Shown: one piece after another, positions 1 through 16,216 of the stretch
Layout: each line of letters begins with the position of its first letter
How positions within the stretch are numbered: position 1 is the first letter of the stretch
Origin: Candidatus Saccharimonadota bacterium
Lineage (GTDB): Bacteria > Patescibacteriota > Gracilibacteria > BD1-5 > UBA6164
Assembly (NCBI GenBank): GCA_965229705.1
Contig: OZ245922.1
Coordinates: 150,001 to 182,000 of the forward strand
Direction: 5' to 3'
DNA: 32,000 nt
Position numbers and translations under genes: made by a program
The notes under the pieces: generated by a model
What the model was told of the DNA's origin: nothing
Database searches by the model: none
Seen by the model: only the letters and a program-made list of their open reading frames with translations

Positions 1-1
1 T

Positions 2-427
2 ATAGGAATGCAGACAACACTCAATATTCCTATTCTCGGATACGCAAACGCCGGTACGCCACTAGCAGTTGCTGAGAGTAATGACTATGGAACACTCCCT
101 ATCTCAAAAAATATTATCGGAGAAAATTCAGGAGAATACTTTGTACTACGAGTTTCATGAACAAGTATGAATGAGTGTGAAGTATCAGGGAAAAAGCTCG
201 AAAATGGGAGTTATGTTTTGATTAAGAAAGATGAACGAGTACTCAATGAGAGAGATCCTTTTTTGTTTATCGTAAACGGATGAGCGACTCTCAAGCGTTA
301 TAAGAAAAATGCATGACAAGTGTACCTTCTTCCACAGTCAAATGAAGACCATCATACTCCTATTATCCTCTCAGAATCTGATGAAGTATATCCAAGTGGA
401 AAGGTTGTAGATGTGTTTCACTTTTAG
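2..427 (+). CDS. lexA: LexA-like S24 peptidase repressor, C-terminal part (5' end outside window)
   Basis: Frame 2 reads ..IPILGYANAGTPLAVAE..GEYFVLRVSGTSMNE..NGSYVLIKKDE..FIVNGGATLKRYKK..LLPQSNE..GKVVDVFHF, with TAG stop at 425-427. It has the LexA layout: an Ala-Gly autocleavage site (ANAG), a Ser nucleophile motif (SGTSM) and a Lys in TLKRY. The Gly of SGTSM is TGA at 158-160. Confidence 0.65.
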
Positions 428-469
428 GGAAAAAGAAAAAACTTTGATTTTTGGCTAAAAACGATATAG

Positions 470-686
470 TGAAGCCTACGAAAGGCGTTTGAGTCTCGCT
501 GACACGGGACGAGCTAGAGGAAGAACCCCCTCTCTATACATAGTGATTACTAGGGATAGTAGAACCTCTCGGAGTCGAAATACTTCGTCAAAAAAATACA
601 ATTGAGTATCGTTTTTGGTGGCACCTTCATACCGTGTAATATTCTCGGATGACCAAAAGCACATGAATATTTTTCGTGTGTTTTTT
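470..686 (+). promoter_or_regulatory. T-box-like tRNA-sensing transcription attenuator (aspS leader)
   Basis: GGTGGCACC at 617-625 matches the T-box core GGUGGNACC. The proposed antiterminator has helix A1 (611-618 with 653-660), a 5'-side bulge UGGCACCU (619-626), and helix A2 (627-634 with 646-652). A competing terminator at 655-686 reuses the A1 3' strand. N=C fits a G73 discriminator as in tRNA-Asp. Candidate GAC specifier codons lie at 501-503 and 508-510. I could not fold Stem I convincingly by eye. Confidence 0.55.
655..686 (+). terminator. Intrinsic terminator of the aspS leader
   Basis: Stem CACATGAA (660-667) pairs with TTCGTGTG (673-680) with one G-U pair and loop TATTT. It can extend through AAAAG/TTTTT and is followed by a T6 run (681-686), 24 nt before the aspS ATG. 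Confidence 0.6.
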
Positions 687-709
687 ATATATAGAGTAAC
701 ACTATTTTT

Positions 710-2530
710 ATGCATAGAAGTCATAACTGTAATCAACTTACAGCAAAAAATATTTGAGAGCAAGTCATGCTTGCTTGATGGGTGAGTAACCGTCGAGATC
801 ATGGAGGAATTATTTTTATAGATCTCAGAGATCGTTATGGTCTGACACAAGTGGTGTTTGACCCAGAAGATGATACGGCGTCTTGGGAACTCGCAGACAG
901 TTTGAGATCAGAATATGTGATCAAGATTCAAGGAACAGTGAGGTCTCGACCAGACGGTCAGAATAACCCAAATATGTTTACGGGAGAAATAGAAGTCATT
1001 GTTTCACAGATAGAGCTTTTATCAAAATCAAAAACTCCTCCTTTTGAACTAGATGAACATGCTACCGAGGCAAAAGAAGATCTCAGACTCAAATATCGCT
1101 ATCTTGACATGAGAAGAAAGAAAATACACGACTTTATTGCCTTTCGTTCAGAGATGACGCACTATACACGAAACTGGTTTATACAGCGAGGCTTTTATGA
1201 TGTACAGACCCCTATTCTTGCAAACTCTTCTCCTGAGTGAGCGAGAGATTTTCTGGTACCGAGTCGGTTGAATCCGGGAACATTTTATGCGCTTCCTCAA
1301 GCACCTCAACAATTTAAGCAACTTCTTATGGTGTGAGGAATAGATAAATATTTTCAGATTGCTCCATGTTTTCGAGATGAAGACCCGCGAGCTGATAGAC
1401 ATGCCGGAGATTTTTATCAAGTGGATTGTGAAATGAGTTTTGTAGAACAGTCAGATATATTTGATGTGGTAGAGTCGTATATTCTCGATATAACACAAGA
1501 ACTCTCATCTCAAGAGATTCTTTCTGAAACTCCGTGAAAAGATACTCTCAGAGAAGGAGGAAAATTTTTTCTCCTTACTCATGAAGCAGCAATTGAAAAA
1601 TATGGTTCAGATAAACCAGATCTCCGCTATGGTATGGAACTCATGGATGTAGATGATATATTTGCTCGTAGTTCCAATGAGATATTCTCATCAATTGCTA
1701 CTGATAAGAAGAAAAATAGGATTAAAGCATTGAAAGTCTCAGGATGAGACACGGTATTTTCCAAAACACAGATGAAATGATTTGAGAGTTATGTGCGTCA
1801 GTTTGGAGCTCAATGACTTGGATATTTTCAGATGAAGGAGGATGGGCTGAAAGGACCACTTAATAAGTTTTTTGAAGAAAAAGATCTCAAAGAAATTGTT
1901 GAGAGAACAGAGCTTGAATTAGGAGATGTGATATTTTTTGGAGCAGGGGAAAGAGAACTTGTATGTCATTATATGGGAAAATTTCGAATATATCTTGCGG
2001 AGCTTCTTGACTTGCAAGATCCAAACACAATAGTGTTTTGTTGGATCACAGATTTTCCTATTTTTGAAAAAGACGAAGTTACCGGGAAGATAGACTTTGA
2101 ACACAATCCATTTTCGATGCCTCAGTGATGAGCAAGTGATTTTGAAAAAGAGGGAGATGAGCTTCTTAAAGTGAAAGGGTTTCAGTACGATCTTGCTTGT
2201 AATGGGTATGAGATACTCTCATGAGCTATTCGAAACCATGATATTGAGAGCCTTGTACAAGCTTTTGAAAAGGTTGGTAGGAGCGCAGATGAAGTGAGAG
2301 AAAAGTTTGGGGCTATGTATGAGGCTTTTCAGTATGGGGTCCCTCCTCATGGTGGATTTGCTATTGGTTTTGATAGGCTTATGATGATTTATTTGAACGA
2401 AGAAAATATTCGTGATATCTATGCTTTTCCAAAATCTGGAAGGGGAAAAGATGAGATGATGAACTCTCCAGTTACAGTTGATGATGATATGCTTGAAGAG
2501 TTAGGCTTAGAACTCTCTGTTTGAGAATAA
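710..2530 (+). CDS. aspS: Aspartate--tRNA ligase (606 aa)
   Basis: It starts [44 protein letters not shown]. It also contains [37 protein letters not shown] and [18 protein letters not shown]. Track fragments 782-1240, 1832-2128 and 2294-2524 are all in this frame and are joined by TGA=Gly. The true stop is TAA at 2528-2530. Confidence 0.95.
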
Positions 2531-2566
2531 AGGAAGCTCTGAGAAAATATTTCTTAAAAAGATTCT

Positions 2567-3478
2567 ATGATTCGGCATCTTCAGATAAAAGGGATTACCT
2601 GGATTGATGCGGTAAATCCGAGCTGAGAGGATATTGCAAAGATTCTCAGTCCTTATGACTTTCATGAGCTTGATATTGAAGCTGTTCTGGAACCAAATCA
2701 GAGAGCTCGTATAGACAGTTATGGGAGTTATATGTTTCTTACACTGCACTTTCCAAAATATAATAACTATAAAAAACTCTATGAACTCAATGAGTTTCAT
2801 ATATTTCTCGGAAAAAATTTTCTCATTACTCTTCGAGACTTTGACGGGAGGCATATAGATGAGATATATGAAAAATATGAGAAAAAAGGAGATGATGACG
2901 AGTATGATATTGATGTTTCTTCATGACTTATTCTCTATGAGATTATTCAAGAAATGCTAGAAAAAATGTTTAAGGTAGGGACTAATGTTCGAAAAGATAT
3001 TGCAAAGATTGAGAAAGAGGTGTTTCAGAGTCCAACGAGTCCACTCGTACGAGATATATTAATAAAAAAAAGAAATATCATAGTCCTCAAGCATATGTTT
3101 GAGCCACAAATGCCCGTTCTCATAGGTCTGGAAAATCATATGAAAAAACTTTTTGATGATGAGATAGAGGCGTATTTTGAGGACTTAGAAGATAAACTTC
3201 AAAAAATCATTACAGATATTTTGATACTCGAAGAGCAGATACAGTCGGTAGAAGATGCGTTTACGGCTATGATTGATATCCAAACAAACACGATTATTAA
3301 GTTGTTGACTATTTTTTCGGCCTTTGTTCTCCCTTTGACGCTGATTACAAGTTTTTATGGAATGAATATTGATCTTCCGTTTCAAGAAAATCCATTTTTT
3401 GCGTATGTTCTTATGGCAGTTTCTGTCTGTGTTCTGGGTCTTGTTTTTTTATATTTTCAGAGGAAGAGAAGGATGTAG
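2567..3478 (+). CDS. corA: CorA-family magnesium/cobalt transporter (303 aa)
   Basis: It starts MIRHLQIKGITWIDAVNPSGEDI. It carries the C-terminal YGMNIDLPF (GMN) motif flanked by two TM helices. Track fragments 2732-2926 and 2954-3478 are in the same frame and joined by TGA. Confidence 0.85.
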
Positions 3479-3583
3479 TTGTGTGAAATACAAGTCTCTC
3501 GGTGTTTGCTAAATAAAAAATCATATTTTCCCTTTTTCAGATATTTTGTATAATCCCACCACTTTATTTTTCATAGACAAGAA

Positions 3584-5068
3584 ATGTACGCAAAAGTAAC
3601 AATTATTGGTCGTCCAAATGTCGGAAAGTCGAGTATTTTTAATATGATGACGGGTCATAAAATCGCTATAGTTGCTGATGAGGCAGGAACAACACGGGAT
3701 ATATCAGAGTTTGAATATACAGATGAAAAACATGATCTCACATATATTCTTGCAGATTCTGGAGGACTTGATTATGGAAGTAGTGATGATGAAGTTGCAG
3801 AAGATATTGTAGAGAGAACAGAAAAGGCTATTGCAGAGAGTGATATACTCTTATGGGTGATAGAATATGATAGATTTACAAAGCTTGATGAAGATATTGC
3901 AAAAATCCTAAGAAAGGCAAAGAGAAACAATATCATCATACTTGCTAACAAAGCAGATAATAAGTCGCAAGTGATGGAGTCATGGAGTCAAGCAGGGAGA
4001 GGAGAAAAAGAGTTTTTCCCTGTATCAAGCTCACATAACTCTGGTCTGGGTGACGTGAAAAGATATATTGCAAAATTTCTCACAGAAAAATGACTCAACT
4101 ACAAAAAAGAACTTGATGATACTACACTCAAGATTGCATTTATTGGTCGTCCAAATGTTGGAAAATCTAGTCTCGTAAACGCTATTGTAGGATCACAAAG
4201 AGTCATGGTAAAAGATATGTCAGGAACAACTCGTGATGCTGTGGATACAAAGTTTACATACCTTCATAAAAAATTAGATATCAAAGCAAACTCTTCTCCT
4301 GAACAGAGAGATGAAGACGAATCTGTTGAGTTTACACTCATTGATACAGCTGGTATTCGGAGACTCTCAAAAGTATGAACACGAAATATTGAAAACTGGT
4401 CAGTGATGCGCAGTGAAAGAGCTCTCAGGAGAGCAGATGTTGTAGCGATAGTTATAGACGGGTTTGATGGAGTAGTACAGCAAGATCTTTCTCTTATCTC
4501 TGAAGCTATCGAAGAAAAAAAATGACTCATTATCATCGTAAATAAGTGGGATAAGGTTTTAGAGAAAGCTCGTCTCAATTCATCAACCTCGATGAGTGAT
4601 CAATCAGGTGCAAGTAAACAGGAAGAACAAGAGGAAAAATCAAAGATGATGCTCAAATATATCGACTACCTCAAAGAAAAGATAGAGTTTATATCATGGG
4701 CATCTATTATATTTACTTCAGCGACAGAGAAAAAAAGAGTAAGTGAGATACTTGATGAAGCGATAAGAATATCCGCAGAGAGAGGAAAGAGAGTGAAAAC
4801 AAGTATCATGAATGAGTTTCTAGAGCAGGCAGTATACCACCATCCACCAACAGGAAATAAAAAGTCTCATTCCCCCAAGATATATTATGGTTCTCAGGTA
4901 GATACTCATCCTCCGAAGTTTATTATTTCTGTGAATAATCCAGATCATTTTCACTTTTCCTACAAGCGTTATCTCGAAAATAAGATCAGAGACAATTTTG
5001 GTTTTGAGGGAACTCCTATAGTGATTGAGTATAAGGGGAGAGGAAAATATAAGGATGTGAAAAAATAA
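3584..5068 (+). CDS. der: Ribosome-associated GTPase Der/EngA (494 aa)
   Basis: It has two tandem G domains ([20 protein letters not shown] and [22 protein letters not shown]) and a KH-like C-terminus ([27 protein letters not shown]). Fragments 3584-4093 and 4592-5068 are in frame with no TAA/TAG between them. Confidence 0.9.
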
Positions 5069-5071
5069 TTA

Positions 5072-6064
5072 TTACCGTAAATACAAGCTTTTATTGTGTT
5101 CGTGTTCAGCGTTTGTCCGAGCGTAGTAAATCTGTCCAGTAAGAGTATCATGGAGATAGTAGTAGTACGGACTTTGTTTTGGAGAAATAACAGCTTCGAT
5201 ACTACTCAGGCTCGGGTTTCCTATCGGACCAGCTGGTAGACCAGTTTTTTGCCTCGTATTATACTCATTTTTATCATAGAGGTATTTTGTTACAGAAAGC
5301 TTGCATTCTTGAGAAGTGAGTCTATGGGCATAACATACCGTAATATCTGCTCATATTTTCCAGCCTTCATTGAGTCGTTTTTTTAGTATTCCTGCCACAA
5401 TGGGGCGTTCACTAGTATTTCGTTCTTCTTTTTCGACAATGCTTGCAAGTGTTATTATTTCATGAAAACTCCCGTCTTCTATTTCTCAAGAGAGAGAAGT
5501 TTGGGGGGAAATCTTTTTTTCAAAATTACTGAGCATTTTTCTTGCAAGTCACTCTACTTGAAAACTGCGAGGATTGACAGCGTAAGTATCTGGATAGAGA
5601 TATCCCTCAAGGGAAGAGATATTTTTGAGGAAGGGGTATTCACTTTCTAAGCTATGGTTTTCAGCGTAGGAAATAAAGTCAGAAGCTCAAATCAATCACT
5701 TGCTTGTGAGAAATGCGTCAATATCAAAGATATTCCATCACTCTAAAAATGTAAGAAAGATATCTCATTCATACTGAGGTTTTTCTAGATTTGCTATAAA
5801 CTGTTGTATATTTGATCATGAGGGAATCATATATTCTCCTGCTTGGAGTTCAAAACTGGGAGGATTATTCCTCAGATAGAGTTTTGTAAAAAAAGGTTTT
5901 TTTGTTTTTTCAGAGAGGATATGTGAGAAAGTAGTATTTTTTTTGACGGTAAAACTGGTTTCTTCGGTAAAGAGAATTTCATTTTTGTAGTTTGAATATT
6001 GCCAGGAGAATATAAGAAAAGTAAGAATAATGATTCAAAATCAGATTTTTATAGTATTGAACAT
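5072..6064 (-). CDS. mltG: Endolytic murein transglycosylase MltG/YceG-like (330 aa)
   Basis: It has an N-terminal TM segment (MFNTIKIGFGIIILTFLIFSW) and the family C-terminus NTRQKTGLPAGPIGNPSLSSIEAVISPKQSPYYYYL..YYARTNAEHEHN. The frame is open under code 25 (checked codon by codon). The gene is absent from the supplied track. Confidence 0.8.
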
Positions 6065-6129
6065 AAGGTATTGAAAAGAAATTATTATGCCATCATATGA
6101 GGAAAGTTTTTGAAGTAAAAGAAACAAGT

Positions 6130-6159
6130 TTGACAAATAATTTTTAAGGATTATATAGT
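6130..6159 (+). promoter_or_regulatory. Putative sigma70-type promoter for the AAA+/hicBA unit
   Basis: A perfect TTGACA sits at 6130-6135. TATATA follows at 16-nt spacing and TATAGT at 18-nt spacing, about 40 nt upstream of the ATG at 6196. This is a motif match only. Confidence 0.3.
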
Positions 6160-6195
6160 ATAATACTATAAGTACGTAAATAAAATTATATAAAT

Positions 6196-7413
6196 ATGAT
6201 AAAAAACAGCTTCCATGAGTGACTACCAGATGAAGATATAGTATCTTGAATACTGGATTTATCTCAAAGTTCAGATGCGATATTAGACATATCATCAGAA
6301 TTACTAAAAGAAGTTATTTGACAAGATAATGCAAAGAAAATTCTACGTGATATATTAGAGGAGATAACTTCAGGAGTAAATTTGCGAAAAGCGGGATATA
6401 ACAAGCCCATAGCAAGCATGATCTTTGCATGACCTAGTTGAGTAGGAAAAACACTACTTGCAAGAGTAACCCAAAAAATACTCAATAAGCATTTTTCTAA
6501 TGAAATTGAGATTATAAAAATCAACTGTGCTGATTTTGCAGGTGAGAGCATTTACGGTATCACAAGGCTTACATGAGCAAGTGCAGGATTTATTTGATCA
6601 GATAGAAAGCCTGTATTACATCCAGATAATGTAGAATGAAAAGGAAGAGTGATTTTACTCGATGAAATCGAAAAAGCTTGACCTGCCTTTTGGAATATTC
6701 TCCTCTCTATTCTTGATGATGGTACGCTCGATATTGATTACACAGAAACTAATAAAGAGAAAGCGGAACCTCTCATCCTTGATTGAAAAGCGGTAGATAG
6801 TACTGATATTTCATCACTTCGAACATTGTTTTGAGATAGTGTTATTATTATGACTTCAAATATTTGAAATGATGCAGTAGAAAAAGAATTGCAAGGTTTA
6901 GCTATAGGATTTTGATCATGAGAAAAAGATCCTGAAGATGTAGATATAGAGTCTATTATTCTACAGGAATTCTGAAAGCAGTTCAGAATTGAGATGCAGT
7001 GAAGATTTGATTATGTTGTCCATCTAGAGCATCTTACAAAAGATAATGCAAGAGATATAATAAATCAGCTGATCAATAGACTCAGTACTAATACTCTTTC
7101 AAAGTGAAATGGTTTTGTAATAGAGTTTACTAACGAAGCAAAAGAAAAAATTCTTGATGAAATAACAAATTCTCCTAGTTTTCGAAAGTTTGGATGAAGA
7201 TATATTGAATGATATTTCAAAAAGAATGTTATTCCTTATGTTGCAAAAGCGATAAATTCTTGAAAATTCAGAGAAGATGAGAATCATAGTTGTTTACTTG
7301 TTACTCTCCATAATGGAGAAATTGTATTTTCAAAGATTCCTATTTGAGAATCTAAAGAAGTAAAGATAAAAGTTGAAAAAACCTTGGGACGGCGTAATGA
7401 TTCTACTATATAG
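6196..7413 (+). CDS. Single-domain Clp/Hsp100 D2-like AAA+ ATPase with an IGF loop (405 aa)
   Basis: Motifs seen are VIGQDNAKKIL, Walker A FAGPSGVGKT (both Gly are TGA, 6430-6432 and 6439-6441), Walker B VILLDEIEKA and sensor-1 IIMTSNIG. There is an AIGFGSG tripeptide loop (IGF at 6904-6912) and FRIEMQGRFDYVVHLEHL, resembling FRPEFLNRID. There is no N-domain or D1 ring. It contains 21 in-frame TGA against 14 GGN codons, so no ORF appears in the track. Confidence 0.8.
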
Positions 7414-7483
7414 GTTTTTAGAAACTCCTTGAAAAACATGATCAAAGAACTATACTACAAATAATAACCATTAAGATACTATC

Positions 7484-7783
7484 ATGCAAGAACAAGAAAA
7501 TCTTCATCTTCCACTTTTACTTGACCAAGACGAGGATGGAATCTGGGTTGCTGAGTCTCCTATTTTTGATGGATTCTTCACGCAGGGATACTCAAAAGAG
7601 GAGTTGCAAGATAACTTACAAGATTTATCAAATATGTATTTTGCTATGATAAAGGAGTGAAAGAAACCATTTAAGCATAGTTATCTTATTAGTTTACAAT
7701 ACAATAAAGATGGTAAAATTACCAATGATCTGAAGCAAGAAATTGATCAAACTTTTGAAAAAAAGATGATTTGAGCTTGTTAG
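7484..7783 (+). CDS. hicB: HicB-family antitoxin (99 aa under code 25)
   Basis: MQEQENLHLPLLLDQDEDGIWVAESPIFDGFFTQGYSKEELQDNLQDLSNMYFAMIKEGKKPF resembles the HicB/UPF0150 N-domain. With TGA=Gly the frame runs to TAG at 7781-7783, overlapping hicA by 74 nt. Confidence 0.7.
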
Positions 7784-7943
7784 ATCATCAGGAAGTCATC
7801 AACAATATATGTATGAAAATATCACTGTGACGGTTCCTGTTCATTGTGGAAAAGATATATGAAGGTGACTTTTGAGAGTTATCCTCAAACAAGCTGGTAT
7901 TTCTCATCAAGAGTTTTTAGATGAAGTTGGAGTCAGAAATTAA
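7710..7943 (+). CDS. hicA: HicA-family mRNA interferase toxin (77 aa)
   Basis: MVKLPMIGSKKLIKLLKKRGFELVRSSGSHQQYMYENITVTVPVHCGKDIGRGLLRVILKQAGISHQEFLDEV follows the HicA pattern (KLP..SGKE.IK.L.K.GF...R..GSH.......TVP.H.GK...G.L..IL.QAGI). The stop is TAA at 7941-7943. Confidence 0.8.
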
Positions 7944-8069
7944 GAAATTCTTCCTTGACTTCATTTTTTTTTCGCTATACTCCCTGTGTTCGCACAAGGT
8001 TTTGATGAGTTCTAGGGGAAAATCTTGGGCATTTTTTTGCGTTTTAATTTTTAATATCATTTTCACCAT

Positions 8070-11606
<3,537 letters not shown>

Positions 11607-11713
11607 ACCTCAAGAAACCTCTATCTTGAATTCTTTCTCCTCAAAGGAGAAAGAGAATACAGAAAATAATGCATTCTTCCTCTCTTTGAGGAGAGGAGAT
11701 TCAGAGGTGAGGT
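11607..11713 (+). promoter_or_regulatory. Structured rpoB-rpoC intergenic element (two tandem hairpins closed by a long-range helix)
   Basis: Hairpin 1 pairs TTCTTTCTCC (11631-11640) with GGAGAAAGAG (11646-11655) around loop TCAAA. Hairpin 2 pairs TCCTCTC (11678-11684) with GAGAGGA (11691-11697). A closing helix pairs ACCTC..ACCTCT (11607-11622) with AGAGGTGAGGT (11703-11713). No U-tract follows either hairpin. Confidence 0.4.
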
Positions 11714-11758
11714 TGAAAGAAAGTCATTTAAAATAATTTTATTTCATCAATTAACACT

Positions 11759-15778
<4,020 letters not shown>

Positions 15779-15802
15779 TCTGTAGAAAAATATTTGACAA
15801 AT

Positions 15803-15841
15803 AAAAAAATAAACTACAATAACCATTGTAGTTTATTTTTT
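15803..15841 (+). terminator. Intrinsic terminator after rpoC
   Basis: A 12-bp stem pairs ATAAACTACAAT (15809-15820) with ATTGTAGTTTAT (15825-15836) around loop AACC. A T5 run follows, and an A-run lies upstream. Confidence 0.7.
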
Positions 15842-15854
15842 ATAGTTTTTCTTA

Positions 15855-16136
15855 ATGACTCATACAGTAGTTGTTCCAGCTGGAACACCTCTCACGCTTG
15901 AGTGAAAGAAGTTTTCCCATGAGATCATCAGTATTTTGGAAGAGTTTTCACCTGGTATAAGAGATGATATTTGAGCCGTATGCAAAATAGTATCTGGTCT
16001 TGTATGACATAGTCAATATTACCTTGAGGATTTTGATCTTCCTCAAGAAGATGATAACACAGAAGATGCGCATGTAATATTAGAAAGTGAGAAGACTTTA
16101 TATGAAATCAATGGGGAAATATCTTTTTCCTCCTAG
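15855..16136 (+). CDS. Hypothetical acidic protein (93 aa)
   Basis: An ATG-to-TAG frame is open under code 25 with three TGA codons. It reads MTHTVVVPAGTPLTLEGKKFSHEIISILEEFSPGIRDDIGAVCKIVSGLVGHSQYYLEDFDLPQEDDN... I recognise no motif. It is bracketed by two hairpin terminators. Confidence 0.5.
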
Positions 16137-16169
16137 TGATTAAAAATAGGATATTTGATTCTTGAAGTT

Positions 16170-16200
16170 GACCTTATAAGCATAAGGTCTCTTTTTTTTT
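16170..16200 (+). terminator. Intrinsic terminator
   Basis: An 8-bp stem pairs GACCTTAT (16170-16177) with ATAAGGTC (16182-16189) around loop AAGC. It is followed by TC plus T9. Confidence 0.7.
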
Positions 16201-16216
16201 GTTTCTCAGAGGTTCC

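Noticed and set aside
576-587. CGAAATACTTCG, a palindrome reminiscent of a Gram-positive LexA (Cheo) box, lying downstream of lexA.
   Set aside because: The spacing is wrong: CGAA-N4-TTCG is 12 nt, whereas the Cheo box CGAAC-N4-GTTCG is 14 nt. It is also imperfect and lies inside the T-box-like leader.
476-850. A 124-aa minus-strand ORF spanning the aspS leader and start.
   Set aside because: It overlaps the T-box-like leader and the conserved AspRS N-terminus on the other strand, and its translation has no recognisable features.
11669-11731. A 20-codon upstream ORF (MHSSSLGGEEIQRGGGKKVI) in the rpoB-rpoC spacer, as a possible leader peptide.
   Set aside because: The nearest GGAG is about 19 nt from its ATG, and the ORF is made largely of the hairpin arms. 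I found no independent support, so RNA structure is the simpler reading.
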